Numbered from the stretch's first letter, positions 1-11,490 are shown. The stretch: 64,000 nucleotides of DNA from a bacterium (GCA_016708315.1 JADJGC010000004.1:74159-138158), one strand, 5' to 3'. Translations and numbers: made by a program. Notes: generated by a model from the sequence alone, not told the origin.

Positions 1-192
1 CTGTGCAAAGAAACCCGAAGTGAGTCGTCCTGCGTTACCTGATATCGCTTGTCCATAGACAGAATCAAGAATTAGGGTGCCACTGCCTGACCGTCCCGAG
101 GCAGTGTTACCGGTTTCCGAATTTATGGAAGCGGTAGTTGCCGAGCATAGGAGCAGTACCAGTGCGGCCACAATCGCGATAAGGGCTTTCAT
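1..192 (-). CDS. Secreted repeat protein, N-terminal fragment; the gene runs off the window start
   Basis: ATG at 192..190 on the minus strand. It translates to MKALIAIVAALVLLLCSATTAS..., a signal peptide closely similar to the N-terminus of the next gene, so the two are tandem paralogs. Confidence 0.45.
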   Translation of the reverse strand, partial: MKALIAIVAALVLLLCSATTASINSETGNTASGRSGSGTLILDSVYGQAISGNAGRLTSGFFAQ

Positions 193-196
193 CGCT

Positions 197-1753
197 CTAA
201 TACCCCGTGCGAATGAAGATTGCCTGCATTCCGCCTTGCGACATATCGATTGGGGCTGAGCTGAGAACGCTTGCCCGAACATTACCATAAACGGTCACAG
301 CACCCGCGGCCGCCACAGGGATGACAGTTGAGATCGAGACCGTGATGTTTCCTCCAACGTTTCCGCTCGCGGAAGATATTTTTGCTTCGCCGTAGTGATC
401 GAATCCTGAGGATGAGGTGCTTATCGAAATCTGTGCCGCTTCGTTGGCGCCAAGGTTGGCAATGCCATGCATCAGAACGAGAATATATCCAGGTGCCGGT
501 GCATTGACCGTGATGCTCATCCAATTAACGACGGTTGTGCTGACTGAAGTCAGGATTCCGCCGCTTGTTTGTGCTATACCCGGTTCATCGAGGAGCTTTG
601 CTGAAGTGATTGAATTTGCGCCGACATGTCGATCAACTATGGAGTTGATCGCGATGTCTGTTCCGGTAATTGTTTCGTCGGATATCGAAGCACCGGTAAT
701 GGAGTTCGTTGTTATATCGGAACCCGTGAGAGAGCCATCCTGGATGTGATAGCCGGACAGCTGTTGTGGACCAATGTCATTGAAACCGATAGATGCGTTT
801 GAAATATCCGCGCCGGTAATCGTGCCATCCGTTATCTGCGCACCGGAAATTGCTACTCCTGACAGGTGACTCGACTGAATCGAGCCGGCAGCTATCTTAG
901 CGCCGATAATAGTCGAATCAGCAAGGTCAGCTTGCGTCAGACTCCCGTCAACGATACTGCTTCCGTCGAAAGCCGATATCGACAAATGCTCCGCGGAAAT
1001 TGAACCGGCTGCTATTTTTGGCCCAGTGATAGTTGAGTCTTGTAGATCATTAGCTGTCAACGATCCGTCTTGAACTGCCGTCGACCCAACTGCGCCGTTG
1101 GCTATGTGGGCTTCTTCAACTGCACCAGACTTGAGCTTGTTTCCGGTAATCAATGAGTCAGCAAGGTCAGAACTGTTTATTCCACCATCATTGATATTGC
1201 TGGAGTCTACCATCACTGCCGGCAAACGTTCCGGCGCAATTGTACCTGACACGATTTCGGAAGCGTCGATGTACATCGGATGATGTGCGGAGGTATCTGA
1301 ATTGTGTTTAGAGATTGCAAAATTCACGGTCTGGCTGTCGGCGAAATGACTCGAGTTGTGTCCTTCGAGCAACAGAGCGTTGCCTGCAATAAACGAATAC
1401 ACTGTCGAACCGATTAAGTGTCTCGGCGAGAACTCAGGTTCGTTTCCCATCTTGATCCCGAGCCACAAAGGTGAAGTCGCGAAGACTTGTGGGTCGAACG
1501 CAGTCACCGAACCGAGATAGGCGTGAATCAGCCCGTTCTTGATTTCGAGTACTTGTGATTCGCTCCACAGCCCGATGCCACCAGTGGAATCATTATAAAG
1601 AGAGAAAAGGAAGGAATAGCTTCCATCAGCATAAGCGGCGCCGGATGAATCCTTGAGGCTCCCTTGGTAACTTAAGACCGGATTGATTGCCCCACTTGCG
1701 GGTAATGCCAAACAGATAGCCAACACCAAAGCAACGATAGCAGTAGCTTTCAA
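197..1753 (-). CDS. Secreted protein with about 15 tandem 11-residue repeats (ITGxDIxxxSI type, fibre/beta-roll-like)
   Basis: 518 aa ORF. N-terminal signal peptide MKATAIVALVLAICLALPASGA. Long run of period-11 repeats rich in D/S/T/I/G. No catalytic motif recognised. Confidence 0.6.
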   Translation of the reverse strand: MKATAIVALVLAICLALPASGAINPVLSYQGSLKDSSGAAYADGSYSFLFSLYNDSTGGIGLWSESQVLEIKNGLIHAYLGSVTAFDPQVFATSPLWLGIKMGNEPEFSPRHLIGSTVYSFIAGNALLLEGHNSSHFADSQTVNFAISKHNSDTSAHHPMYIDASEIVSGTIAPERLPAVMVDSSNINDGGINSSDLADSLITGNKLKSGAVEEAHIANGAVGSTAVQDGSLTANDLQDSTITGPKIAAGSISAEHLSISAFDGSSIVDGSLTQADLADSTIIGAKIAAGSIQSSHLSGVAISGAQITDGTITGADISNASIGFNDIGPQQLSGYHIQDGSLTGSDITTNSITGASISDETITGTDIAINSIVDRHVGANSITSAKLLDEPGIAQTSGGILTSVSTTVVNWMSITVNAPAPGYILVLMHGIANLGANEAAQISISTSSSGFDHYGEAKISSASGNVGGNITVSISTVIPVAAAGAVTVYGNVRASVLSSAPIDMSQGGMQAIFIRTGY

Positions 1754-1996
1754 CGCAACCTCCGACAGGTAGAAATGTTCGCAACGCGTAGACCTTGAGG
1801 GTAGACCTCTTAAATATACTCATATACCCAGTTTTTCCAAGTAATTTGTGGTTTCCACGTCACACGATGTCACACTTCTATTGTCGGACATCTACGTTAA
1901 GTTATTGTTGTCCCTATGGTTAGAATCTGGCACGCCCTTTGACTGCTTAGTTCTCCAGGAACTGTAAACCGAAACCTCTTATACGGAGAACATACC

Positions 1997-3151
1997 ATGT
2001 TAAACAAACTCAAATTCGCCGCCGGACTCGCCGTAGCAGTCACCGCATTCGGACTGATAATCGGCTTGAGCCTGAAACCGCGTCTCGCGGTCGAGACTAT
2101 TGAAGTCCCCGCATTGACTTCCAATGATCAACACAACTCTGAAGTGCTTTCGTCTTCACAAGAACTCCCATTTGGTCCCGACACAAATCCAATTCCCGAA
2201 GTAGGACCTAATGCTGAGTTGGATCGCAATCGTATACACCTGAACGGTGCGAACAACAGCCTTGAAGATCTGGCATTGCTCGATTCGTTGGAATTTGACG
2301 ATGTTCGCGATGTCGAGATTGATTTTGATCGCGCTCTATTGGCCACTGCCGGTGGAGTGCTCGAATTCTACACTGATGATTCTTCGTTCGCAATCTACAG
2401 CTATCCGCAAGAACTGCATAACTACGACAGTTATGCGGTGCTCTCGGTCGATGACAATATTCTTGTCGGCACAGCTGCTGGAGTCTACTTGATCGACGCG
2501 CTTGGAATTGTCCAGCCAATCTGGAGCGAGATCTCAGACACAATCACAGTGCTCGAAAATGTCGAAGGCTGCATCTATGTCGGTACGCGCAACCTGGGGT
2601 TGTTCGAAGTCAACGGCAACATTGTGACCCATCTCCTCGCAGGCAAGAGTGTCATCGCTGTGGCGGAAGACGAATATGCACTGTGGTGTGCAACTGCTGA
2701 AGACGGTCTTCTCTACAACGAAGGAGACGGCTGGCACAAACGTCAGCTTCTCAGCGACACCGAAGCATTTGATACTGTAACCGCACTTGAGTCTGCGTTC
2801 GGCAAACTTTGGGTTGGTACACCCAAAGGGCTTTTCGTCTACAATGGCGACAACTGGCAGCGCGTTGACACCACTGAGTATCTCTTCGATGAGGGTGTTA
2901 CGGCACTCGCGGCGGGCAGAAGCTACATGTACATAGGCACGAAGCATGAAGGCGTGTTCGCTTACTACAACGGCTGGCTTTCGCCGCTCGACTGGAGCGA
3001 CAATCTGCCGGTGCGTTCGCTCGATGTTTACGACGGCAAGTATCTCGTGGGGCTCGACAAAGGGGGAGCCATCCTCAACTCACGCAAAGGGGCAGTTGAT
3101 ATTCTTCCGCTGATCCGCCAGAATCAAGGCATTCTCTCTATCCTCCAGTAG
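1997..3151 (+). CDS. Membrane-anchored beta-propeller protein (two-component-regulator-propeller-like repeats)
   Basis: 384 aa. N-terminal TM helix. Repeated motifs: IYVGTRNLGLFEVNG, LWVGTPKGLFVYNGDNW, MYIGTKHEGVFAYYNGW. Confidence 0.5.
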   Translation: MLNKLKFAAGLAVAVTAFGLIIGLSLKPRLAVETIEVPALTSNDQHNSEVLSSSQELPFGPDTNPIPEVGPNAELDRNRIHLNGANNSLEDLALLDSLEFDDVRDVEIDFDRALLATAGGVLEFYTDDSSFAIYSYPQELHNYDSYAVLSVDDNILVGTAAGVYLIDALGIVQPIWSEISDTITVLENVEGCIYVGTRNLGLFEVNGNIVTHLLAGKSVIAVAEDEYALWCATAEDGLLYNEGDGWHKRQLLSDTEAFDTVTALESAFGKLWVGTPKGLFVYNGDNWQRVDTTEYLFDEGVTALAAGRSYMYIGTKHEGVFAYYNGWLSPLDWSDNLPVRSLDVYDGKYLVGLDKGGAILNSRKGAVDILPLIRQNQGILSILQ

Positions 3152-3173
3152 CCTCGGGTTCAGCGGTTGAAAC

Positions 3174-3205
3174 AAAGCCCGGGTAATCCCCGGGCTTTTT
3201 GTTTT
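3174..3205 (+). terminator. Rho-independent terminator after the 1997..3151 gene
   Basis: Stem aaagcccggg / cccgggcttt with loop taat, followed by a T-run tttttgtttt. Confidence 0.6.
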
Positions 3206-3569
3206 GTGTCGGGAGTCATGTGTTGTGGTTCACCAAAGCAAAAAGCGGCCGAAACCGCTCTTTGCTTGATGGGAAATAGTCCTGACTCGATTTACCGTCG
3301 TCAGGAATGTAAGTTAACAACTTGCAAATCTCTTGCCAACTGCGATGGAACTATTGCGTAACAACGAGTTGTGCGTCAAGCACTCGCCCGGATCAAACTC
3401 CGATGGGAAAAAAAGTGTCGGTATTATCGACACCTTCTTCCGCTTTTGTGCACAATCGAATACAAGTTATGCAATTACAAACTCTGACAGGCGTCGATAT
3501 GGCGGACAGAATTGACGAGAGAAGTAGCCGGACTCAGTGAATCAGGAAAATTCTACCGCGACATCCAAC

Positions 3570-4430
3570 TTACTTCCAGATTTCGGCACACTCTGCGCAG
3601 AAGGCACTGAATGCCCTCGGCTTGTGATGCAGAATCTTCTCTGCTTCGACAATGTCGGCGGGCTCCGGCTTCAGGCCTTTCTTCTGAAAGTAGTCATACA
3701 TGATCCGGAAATCGTGTACCATCCAGGCAGGCAAACTCGCACTCGCCGATTCCGACCACTTGTTGAGATCATCTCCCATGTAGTTGATCTCTGTGCCAAG
3801 ATGCTCACTCCAGATGCGTGCGCATTCTTTGCCTGTCAGCGCATCGGGGCCGTTCAAGTTGATAGTCTTGCCCTCGAATCCTCTTTCGGTTAACGCATTG
3901 GTTGCGGCATCGGCGACATCGCGAACATCAACGCGATAAATGCCGGTCGAGCCAATTGGCTGCGGATACAAGCCATATTCAAGCATCACGTCTTTGTACC
4001 AGAAGTCGTTTTGATAGAAGTTATTCGGACGGATGATTGTGAATGCGATGCCCGATTCTCTGATGGCATTCTCGATCGGAATCTTGCTGGCAAAGTGCGG
4101 GATGTGAGTTGAATCGGGAGGCAACACAACTGAGAGATAAACGATTTTCTTTACTCCGGCTTTCTTTGCGGCTCGGACGGCATTTTGACCGTGAACAGCT
4201 TCATCGGGATGAACAGGAGTGATCAAGAATAGTTTCTCGATGCCGCTGAACGCCTTCGTCAATGACGGCGGATCGGACAGATTGCCGACGACACCATTGA
4301 CTCCACTTGGCAATGAGGCTGCTCTCTCCGCTGAGCGTGTCATGACGCTGACCTTCTCGCCTGCTTCCAGTAGATTGAGTAGGGCTTGAGTTCCGACTGT
4401 GCCGGTACCACCGACTATGAAAATTGACAT
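3570..4430 (-). CDS. NmrA-family NAD(P)-binding protein
   Basis: 286 aa. N-terminal Rossmann motif IVGGTGTVG. NmrA-like length and layout. Confidence 0.65.
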   Translation of the reverse strand: MSIFIVGGTGTVGTQALLNLLEAGEKVSVMTRSAERAASLPSGVNGVVGNLSDPPSLTKAFSGIEKLFLITPVHPDEAVHGQNAVRAAKKAGVKKIVYLSVVLPPDSTHIPHFASKIPIENAIRESGIAFTIIRPNNFYQNDFWYKDVMLEYGLYPQPIGSTGIYRVDVRDVADAATNALTERGFEGKTINLNGPDALTGKECARIWSEHLGTEINYMGDDLNKWSESASASLPAWMVHDFRIMYDYFQKKGLKPEPADIVEAEKILHHKPRAFSAFCAECAEIWK

Positions 4431-4550
4431 CTGAGAGTCCTTTCAGATATGGCAGATTTGATGAGTGCTGTTTGAAGTTGCGACATTAGTTATACGAGCA
4501 ATTGTGCAATGTTGAAAGACTCAACAAAAGACTCGTTTGGTGGTGGTGAG

Positions 4551-5576
4551 CTAGGGGTGGGGTGCTCTATAGTCGAGCCCTGAAACTTCAGGCTCGATAG
4601 TTTCAATGAAGTTATCCATTCCACAATGAGGACAGTCGAATCGCTTGAGAGTTAGTTCGCTATCATTGATAGAAACTTCTGAGCCGCACTTGATACATAC
4701 CCTTGAGTACCTGGCAATTGACAGCAAATTCAAGAACACGATTATTGAGAGACCAACAGCCAAAACTTGGAGCGGTGTGCCCAGGAACGTCATCCAGACA
4801 ATATCTGATAGGTAGTCCGGAAGAATAATATCAATCAGAAAGGAAAGCAAAAATCTGGGCTCCATTAACAGAAAGAGAAACGAAAGCTTCCACCAGCTTC
4901 CGTGAATCAGTCGAATTGAGGTTCGGAGAGACTCCAGCACTCCAGTCCGTTGAAAAACAGCTGAATACAGAAAAAAGAAAAGGTAGGACGCCAAAGCAAA
5001 TCCGATAATCATCGGAAGAATTAACTGTACGACGAAGCTGACGTTGACAAACATGAACTCTGGACCGATCAACTCCTCAAGCCTGTAACCCACATCAGAT
5101 AGAAAACCCCAAATCGGTCGAATCAACACTGGAATGTTCATGCCTGAGTTAAGCACGAAATCATAGATCGTGCCGGCCAAGAAGAGAGTCAGAGCGATTT
5201 TTCCCGATTGCCGCAGAATATCCGGTGGTCTTGGTAACTTGCCTTCAATCTTGGACCTGACCATCACGAGCGCAGGAGCCAGCGCGACAAACCAGAGTGC
5301 TTCGATGGCGCTTCTGGTGATCATTCCAAGCAACATTGCCAGACTATACGAGTAATCAAGATTCTTGAGAAGGACTCGCGTGATTCCGTCACGAACCATC
5401 CACAGGATCGGCGGCGCGAACAAAGCGGTGACAAGTATTTCCGGCCAACACCTTTGAAGCAGCGTACGAGTGTCGGAGAAAATGACGCGATACGACCATG
5501 TGCCTGATTTGAGCACAGCGAGATTAAGACCTGCGGGCACTGTATCTTCGACAATTGGTTCCGACACAACAAACAC
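4551..5576 (-). CDS. Polytopic membrane protein with a C-terminal zinc ribbon (CxxC...CPHC)
   Basis: 341 aa. Several hydrophobic segments. C-terminal CIKCGSE...CPHCG. The start codon is uncertain. Confidence 0.45.
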   Translation of the reverse strand: MFVVSEPIVEDTVPAGLNLAVLKSGTWSYRVIFSDTRTLLQRCWPEILVTALFAPPILWMVRDGITRVLLKNLDYSYSLAMLLGMITRSAIEALWFVALAPALVMVRSKIEGKLPRPPDILRQSGKIALTLFLAGTIYDFVLNSGMNIPVLIRPIWGFLSDVGYRLEELIGPEFMFVNVSFVVQLILPMIIGFALASYLFFFLYSAVFQRTGVLESLRTSIRLIHGSWWKLSFLFLLMEPRFLLSFLIDIILPDYLSDIVWMTFLGTPLQVLAVGLSIIVFLNLLSIARYSRVCIKCGSEVSINDSELTLKRFDCPHCGMDNFIETIEPEVSGLDYRAPHP

Positions 5577-5699
5577 TCCCTTAAGAGGGCAGGACTATAT
5601 AGACCAAACAAGTCGACTTGAGGCTCAGTACACCAAAGCCCACCTGAAGCAAAACACAGGCGGGCTTTGTACTTAGGTTAGCTTAATGGAAAGTCGAAG

Positions 5700-6725
<1,026 letters not shown>

Positions 6726-6828
6726 ATTGTATTTGTCCTTTCTATAATTATCAGTGGGAGATGCCCATTACAATTAGTCACCGCTTTGCTTCAAAGTCAA
6801 GCAGATGCACCAATAAAATCGCATTGGC

Positions 6829-6894
6829 TTCTCCCCTCGCCCGCTGGGAGAGGGGTCGGTCAGCGATCCCGATCTTATCGGGAGGGTGAGGGCT
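6829..6894. repeat. CCCCTC-loop-GAGGGG hairpin repeat element plus GGGTGAGGGC tail (copy 1, upstream of recA)
   Basis: tcccctc at 6832-6838, gagagggg at 6848-6855, gggagggtgagggc at 6881-6894. The same composite motif recurs at 15019, 18203, 24491 and 33984. Confidence 0.6.
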
Positions 6895-7471
6895 ACAAAC
6901 TAAACCCCGCTACATCCCGATACACTGGACCGCTGGACCGCAGCTGCGATTCGATCAGGTGAATCTCATCTACCTGAAGCGGCATCGGACCGAAGTTAGC
7001 CCTGCCGAACGCCGCCTTGACCATTTCGAGACGATCCTCTTCTTTTACCCGCCCCAATGTCAGATGCGGCGAGAACGGCCGCTTCTCAGGATCGAATCCC
7101 AACGGTGTCATGTTCGAATCAATCTTTGCAGCCAATGATGTCAATCGCTTTTGGGGATCATTTATTCCAATCCAGAATACACGGGGAGCACGCATATTCG
7201 GAAATACTCCGCATTGCTGCAGTGAGACTTCAAATGCGCCGAAACCAGATGCCGAACTTGCGACCGCCTTTTTGATGCCATCCAGCTCGTTGATTTCTGC
7301 TTCGCCGAGGAATTTCAGGGTGATGTGAATGTTATGCGGCTCGACCCATTTGACCCGGCCGGGGAGTTTGTGGAATTGTTCAAGGAAGTCCCCCACCTGA
7401 TTTTGTATTTCTGTTGTGATTCTTGCGGCAACGAAGAGGCGCATAATTGACCGTGGGTCCCTTCTCCCCAC
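6893..7471 (-). CDS. thpR: RNA 2',3'-cyclic phosphodiesterase (2H phosphoesterase, LigT/ThpR family)
   Basis: Two H-x-T/S-x motifs (HITLKF and HLTLGR). The likely true start is the internal ATG at 7444 (MRLFVAARI...). Confidence 0.8.
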   Translation of the reverse strand: MGRRDPRSIMRLFVAARITTEIQNQVGDFLEQFHKLPGRVKWVEPHNIHITLKFLGEAEINELDGIKKAVASSASGFGAFEVSLQQCGVFPNMRAPRVFWIGINDPQKRLTSLAAKIDSNMTPLGFDPEKRPFSPHLTLGRVKEEDRLEMVKAAFGRANFGPMPLQVDEIHLIESQLRSSGPVYRDVAGFSL

Positions 7472-7499
7472 CCCGAAAGTTTCGGGATCGAAGAGTCTT

Positions 7500-8735
7500 C
7501 TAAACGAGTTTTCGCCGGAGTATATCGAGCGCCATCATGGCTGAACGCTCGCGGATTCGCTCACGGGTGCCGAAGAGCTTCAGTTGTTCTGCCGACACGC
7601 GGTCTTGCTTGTCAGCGTACCCAACGTATACCATACCAACCGGTTTCTCGGCAGTGCCGCCGCCCGGACCGGCGACTCCGGTGACAGAGATCGCATAGTC
7701 GGCGCCAGTTAAGCGCAATACGCCCCACGCCATCGCCTCAGCGACTTCGTGACTGACCGCGCCCCTTTCCGCTAACAGATCATGCGGCACATTGAGCACT
7801 TTCTCTTTCACATTATTGGCGTAAGCCACAACTGAGCCGACAAAATACTCGGAACTCCCGGGCATATCTGTCATCATTTTGGCGATGAGTCCGCCGGTGC
7901 ATGACTCGGCCGTCGCCAAGGTCTTGCCTTTGGTCTTAAGAAGCGCTCCGACCATTTCGGGCAGACTTTGTTCGCCGACTGTGAAAACATAGTCGCCAAT
8001 CCGGCTGGTAATTGCCTTCGCCAAGGTGTCCGCAGCTTCGAGCGCTTCGGTTTCGTTCGGCGAGATTGAAGTAACTCGCAAATCGACGCCCTTGTAGCTG
8101 GGCAGATACGCCAGTCGTAGTTTGTCGTTGTTCGGCTCCAAATCGGCAATCACGTCCGCGATTCCGGTTTCGGTAATTCCGACAGTGCGAATTCGCCGCA
8201 TAATGATATGATTTCGTCCCGGGCGTTTGGCGAGGTAGGGGATGATCGACTGGTCGAGAATTGCCTCCATCTCGGACGGCACTCCCGGAAGCGCGGCAAA
8301 AAATCGCTCGGAGTCCTGAAACACAATTCCCGGGGCCGTACCAATCGGGTTGTTGATCAGGTCAGCGCCCTGCGGTTGTAACGCCTGATTCTGCGCCAAT
8401 GCCGGCATTTTCATGTTTCGCAAGCGGAATAGCTCTTCGAGTTTCTTGAGTATCTCATCCTGCAACACTAGTTTGCGGTCGAATGCCGCACAAATGGCGT
8501 TCTTGGTAATGTCATCTTTTGTCGGTCCCAAGCCGCCGGTCATGATTGTCACCGCTGATCTGTTCCAGGCTGCTGTGATTGCTTCTCTTATGTCGTCATG
8601 ACGATCACCGACGGTCGTTTTGTGGACGACTTCAATACCGACGTTCGCCAGCTTGCGCGCTATGTAAGACGAATTTGAGTCAACGGTCTGGCCGGAGAGA
8701 ATCTCTTCGCCGACAATAATGATTTCCGCGATCAC
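7500..8735 (-). CDS. cinA: Competence/damage-inducible protein CinA (MoCF-type N-domain plus CinA C-domain)
   Basis: Conserved AEIIIVGEEILSGQ and TLATAESCTGGLIAKMMTD. The start is assigned to the GTG at 8735..8733, which overlaps the pgpA stop in a GTGA arrangement. The longer ATG-initiated ORF upstream reads out-of-frame-looking sequence. Confidence 0.85.
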   Translation of the reverse strand: MIAEIIIVGEEILSGQTVDSNSSYIARKLANVGIEVVHKTTVGDRHDDIREAITAAWNRSAVTIMTGGLGPTKDDITKNAICAAFDRKLVLQDEILKKLEELFRLRNMKMPALAQNQALQPQGADLINNPIGTAPGIVFQDSERFFAALPGVPSEMEAILDQSIIPYLAKRPGRNHIIMRRIRTVGITETGIADVIADLEPNNDKLRLAYLPSYKGVDLRVTSISPNETEALEAADTLAKAITSRIGDYVFTVGEQSLPEMVGALLKTKGKTLATAESCTGGLIAKMMTDMPGSSEYFVGSVVAYANNVKEKVLNVPHDLLAERGAVSHEVAEAMAWGVLRLTGADYAISVTGVAGPGGGTAEKPVGMVYVGYADKQDRVSAEQLKLFGTRERIRERSAMMALDILRRKLV

Positions 8736-9190
8736 ATCCAGACTCCGAAATAGAGCAGAACTTGCAGCATAAGATTTGTATAGATGCCGCAGGCAAAGTC
8801 GTCGCCCATGATTCCCCAGCCGCGCGGAAGAGTACGCTCCCAATAGCGCGCCGGGAATGGTTTGATGATGTCCAATATCCTGAAAATGACAAATCCGGTC
8901 AGATAATATTGCCACATCACCGGGACGAAACAATACGACACCATGATACCGGCGACTTCGTCAATCACAATCGGTTTGCCGTCGTGTCCGAAGAAGTGCT
9001 CGGCTTCGGTGGCGATCCAGACCCCGAGAGCGGTCATTAGAACCGACGGGATGACCTGATACGGAATCCCCAGCGGAAACAAAAACCACGCAATCACGAC
9101 ACCGGGGATTGTCCCGGTCGTGCCTGGGATCGTCGGTGACAAACCGAACCCAAATCCCGTGGCCATCATTTTGATAAAGAAATTCTTCAA
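8732..9190 (-). CDS. pgpA: Phosphatidylglycerophosphatase A
   Basis: 152 aa. PgpA-family membrane protein (FGFGLSPTIPGTTGT). Confidence 0.8.
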   Translation of the reverse strand: MKNFFIKMMATGFGFGLSPTIPGTTGTIPGVVIAWFLFPLGIPYQVIPSVLMTALGVWIATEAEHFFGHDGKPIVIDEVAGIMVSYCFVPVMWQYYLTGFVIFRILDIIKPFPARYWERTLPRGWGIMGDDFACGIYTNLMLQVLLYFGVWM

Positions 9191-9195
9191 TTCGC

Positions 9196-9783
9196 CTACT
9201 TCATTGTATTACGCAGAAGATAGTAGCTTCTGCGCAGGTAGTCAATTCCGGTACCGACTGTAATTACGACAGTCGCGAGCATCAGCCAAAAGATGATCTC
9301 ATCGGGAATGGATGATTGGAGCCATTCCGATTCAATATTCAGCGGCGGAAGAAACGTACGCAAGTTGATAATCAGCATGATGACAGTGATGGAAGTCATC
9401 TGCAGGAAAGTCTTGATCTTGGCGGGAAGCGACGGCGTAATCAACGCTCCTCGATAGGCTGCCAGTGTCCGCAATCCCGTTATCAAGAACTCACGCAAAA
9501 TGATTAGCAACACCATCCACATCTGCACGTAACCCAGTACGACAAACGCGATGAAAGCCAATGAGATGAGAATCTTATCTGCCAGCGGGTCGAAAAACTT
9601 ACCGAAACTCGTCGAGATGTTGTACTTGCGAGCATAGTAGCCATCGAAGAGGTCAGTCAGAGCCGCAACAATGAAGAGTATCATTGCCCAGAATTTTGCC
9701 CAGACATCGTCAACAATGACCAGCGCCATAAACACCGGCGCGAGCACGATGCGGACCATGGTCAGGAAATTCGGAAGATTCAC
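9196..9783 (-). CDS. pgsA: CDP-diacylglycerol--glycerol-3-phosphate 3-phosphatidyltransferase
   Basis: 195 aa. CDP-alcohol phosphotransferase motif DLFDGYYAR...G...DPLADK. Confidence 0.85.
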   Translation of the reverse strand: MNLPNFLTMVRIVLAPVFMALVIVDDVWAKFWAMILFIVAALTDLFDGYYARKYNISTSFGKFFDPLADKILISLAFIAFVVLGYVQMWMVLLIILREFLITGLRTLAAYRGALITPSLPAKIKTFLQMTSITVIMLIINLRTFLPPLNIESEWLQSSIPDEIIFWLMLATVVITVGTGIDYLRRSYYLLRNTMK

Positions 9784-9926
9784 GCAGCTCCCTCGATTTC
9801 AGACTCCCTTCTGAAGGCCGGGATTTTCAACTTGCGTGAATGTACGATGGAAGAGCGAACGGGTCAATGAATTATCACGCGATTAGTCAGGTACCAGCAA
9901 AGACACTTGTCTTTGCTGGCAGACGT

Positions 9927-10512
9927 TCAAACCTGCTTGCGGACAATCGCCCGGCTTGGTGTCGGTTTCTTGACAATCTCGAAACCCGCCTGCTCGAAAG
10001 CGCTGGGAAGGCCTGTGAATGCAAATGCATCCGGCATCATTCCCTTGCGCGATATCACCGGATAGCCTTCGACCATTCTCCCGCCAGATTTCTTGACAAA
10101 CTTAGCAGCGGCATCGATCAACTTGACCGCGACACCTTGACGCCGGTATTCTTTGTCGACAAAAAGACACACTATCGACCAGACCGGGAATTTCGTCGAG
10201 CGGCTTCAAAGTTCGGGCGCGCTCCAAACCGGGAAATTCCTCACGCGGCGCTACTGAGCACCAGCCGATAGCCCTGTCGCCGTCGAATGCCAGTATTCCC
10301 GGTACCGCTCCGGAGTCGACCAACTTCTTGAGTGCCCGCTTGTTGCCGTCGCCGGAGTTTGCTTTGTATTCTGAGCGCGGAATTCGCCAGAACATGCACC
10401 AGCAGCCCGCACAAGCACCGCGCTCGCCGAAGAGTTCAGTCAGCTTCTTCCACTCCGGCTTAGTCGCCGGTCGGAAGGTAATCTTGGACTTGGTTGATTT
10501 TGGTTTTGCCAT
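9927..10512 (-). pseudogene. GNAT-family N-acetyltransferase interrupted by a 1-nt frameshift in an A5/T5 homopolymer
   Basis: The N-terminal part (MAKPKSTKSKITF...GWCSVAPREEFPGLERARTL...) and the C-terminal part with the acetyl-CoA motif (LFVDKEYRRQGVAVKLID) are in different frames. The join is at aaaaa 10161-10165; removing one base restores ...DSVSFVDKEYRRQG... Confidence 0.55.
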
Positions 10513-10658
10513 AGTACAAATTATAAATATCATTCGGTTCAGCGGCGCCATCACTTTTTGCAGCGTCCAATCCGCGGCCAAGTCTCTTCGTTGACAAAGT
10601 CCCTCCATTTATGTAGATTCGGCGCGGTTATTAACATGATATTCAAGGAGGAACGACT

Positions 10659-11408
10659 TTGCAGAGTTTGAAAGGTAAGGTCGCTTTGGTGACGGGCGGC
10701 ACCAAGGGTATTGGAAAGGCCGTGGCAATTCGCTTAGCGCAAGCAGGAGCCGATGTCGCGGTGAACTATTTTCGTAGTCGTGATGCAGCGGATGAAATGG
10801 TCGCCGAGTTAAAGGCGCTGGGCTCCGACGCTATTGCCATTCGCTCAAATGTTGGCAAACACGAGCTGCTGCATAAGATATTTGATGAGGTTCGCGAGAA
10901 GTATGGCAAACTCGATATCCTCGTTTCTAATGCTGCTCTGGGGCTTTACACCGAAGCGCTCAAAATCGACGACAAAGCTTGGGATCTTTCGATGCACACC
11001 AACGCTCAGGCATTCTTGCTTTGCGTGCAGCACTGTATCGACATGATGCCGGATGGTTCGCGAATCGTTTCGCTTTCGTCGCTTGGCTCGCATCGCTATA
11101 TCAATGGATACTCGGCAATCGGCGTGTCCAAGGCTGCTGTCGAATGCCTGACTAAATATCTCGCATATGAGCTTGCCCCTAAACGCATCAATGTTAATTG
11201 CGTATCTGGCGGATTTATCGACACCGACGCCTTAAAAATCTTCCCTTCATACGATGAGATGTTCAAGGAAGTCGTTCGCCGCACGCCGTTTGGACGCGTC
11301 GGAACACCGGACGAAGTTGCCGGCGTTGTGTTCTTCTTGTGTACCGAGGACGCCCGCTGGATTACCGGCCAGACGATTATTGTCGACGGCGGATATACAC
11401 TGGCTTAA
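10659..11408 (+). CDS. SDR-family oxidoreductase (FabG-like 3-oxoacyl reductase type)
   Basis: TTG start with an AAGGAGG Shine-Dalgarno 7 nt upstream. [10 protein letters not shown] cofactor motif and YxxxK catalytic motif region. Confidence 0.85.
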   Translation: MQSLKGKVALVTGGTKGIGKAVAIRLAQAGADVAVNYFRSRDAADEMVAELKALGSDAIAIRSNVGKHELLHKIFDEVREKYGKLDILVSNAALGLYTEALKIDDKAWDLSMHTNAQAFLLCVQHCIDMMPDGSRIVSLSSLGSHRYINGYSAIGVSKAAVECLTKYLAYELAPKRINVNCVSGGFIDTDALKIFPSYDEMFKEVVRRTPFGRVGTPDEVAGVVFFLCTEDARWITGQTIIVDGGYTLA

Positions 11409-11490
11409 TCGCGTCCCGAGGGTGATATCTTTGTATAATCACCTGTGACCGAACACCTCGCCTGAAGCAGGCGAGGAGATTGATTCCACC

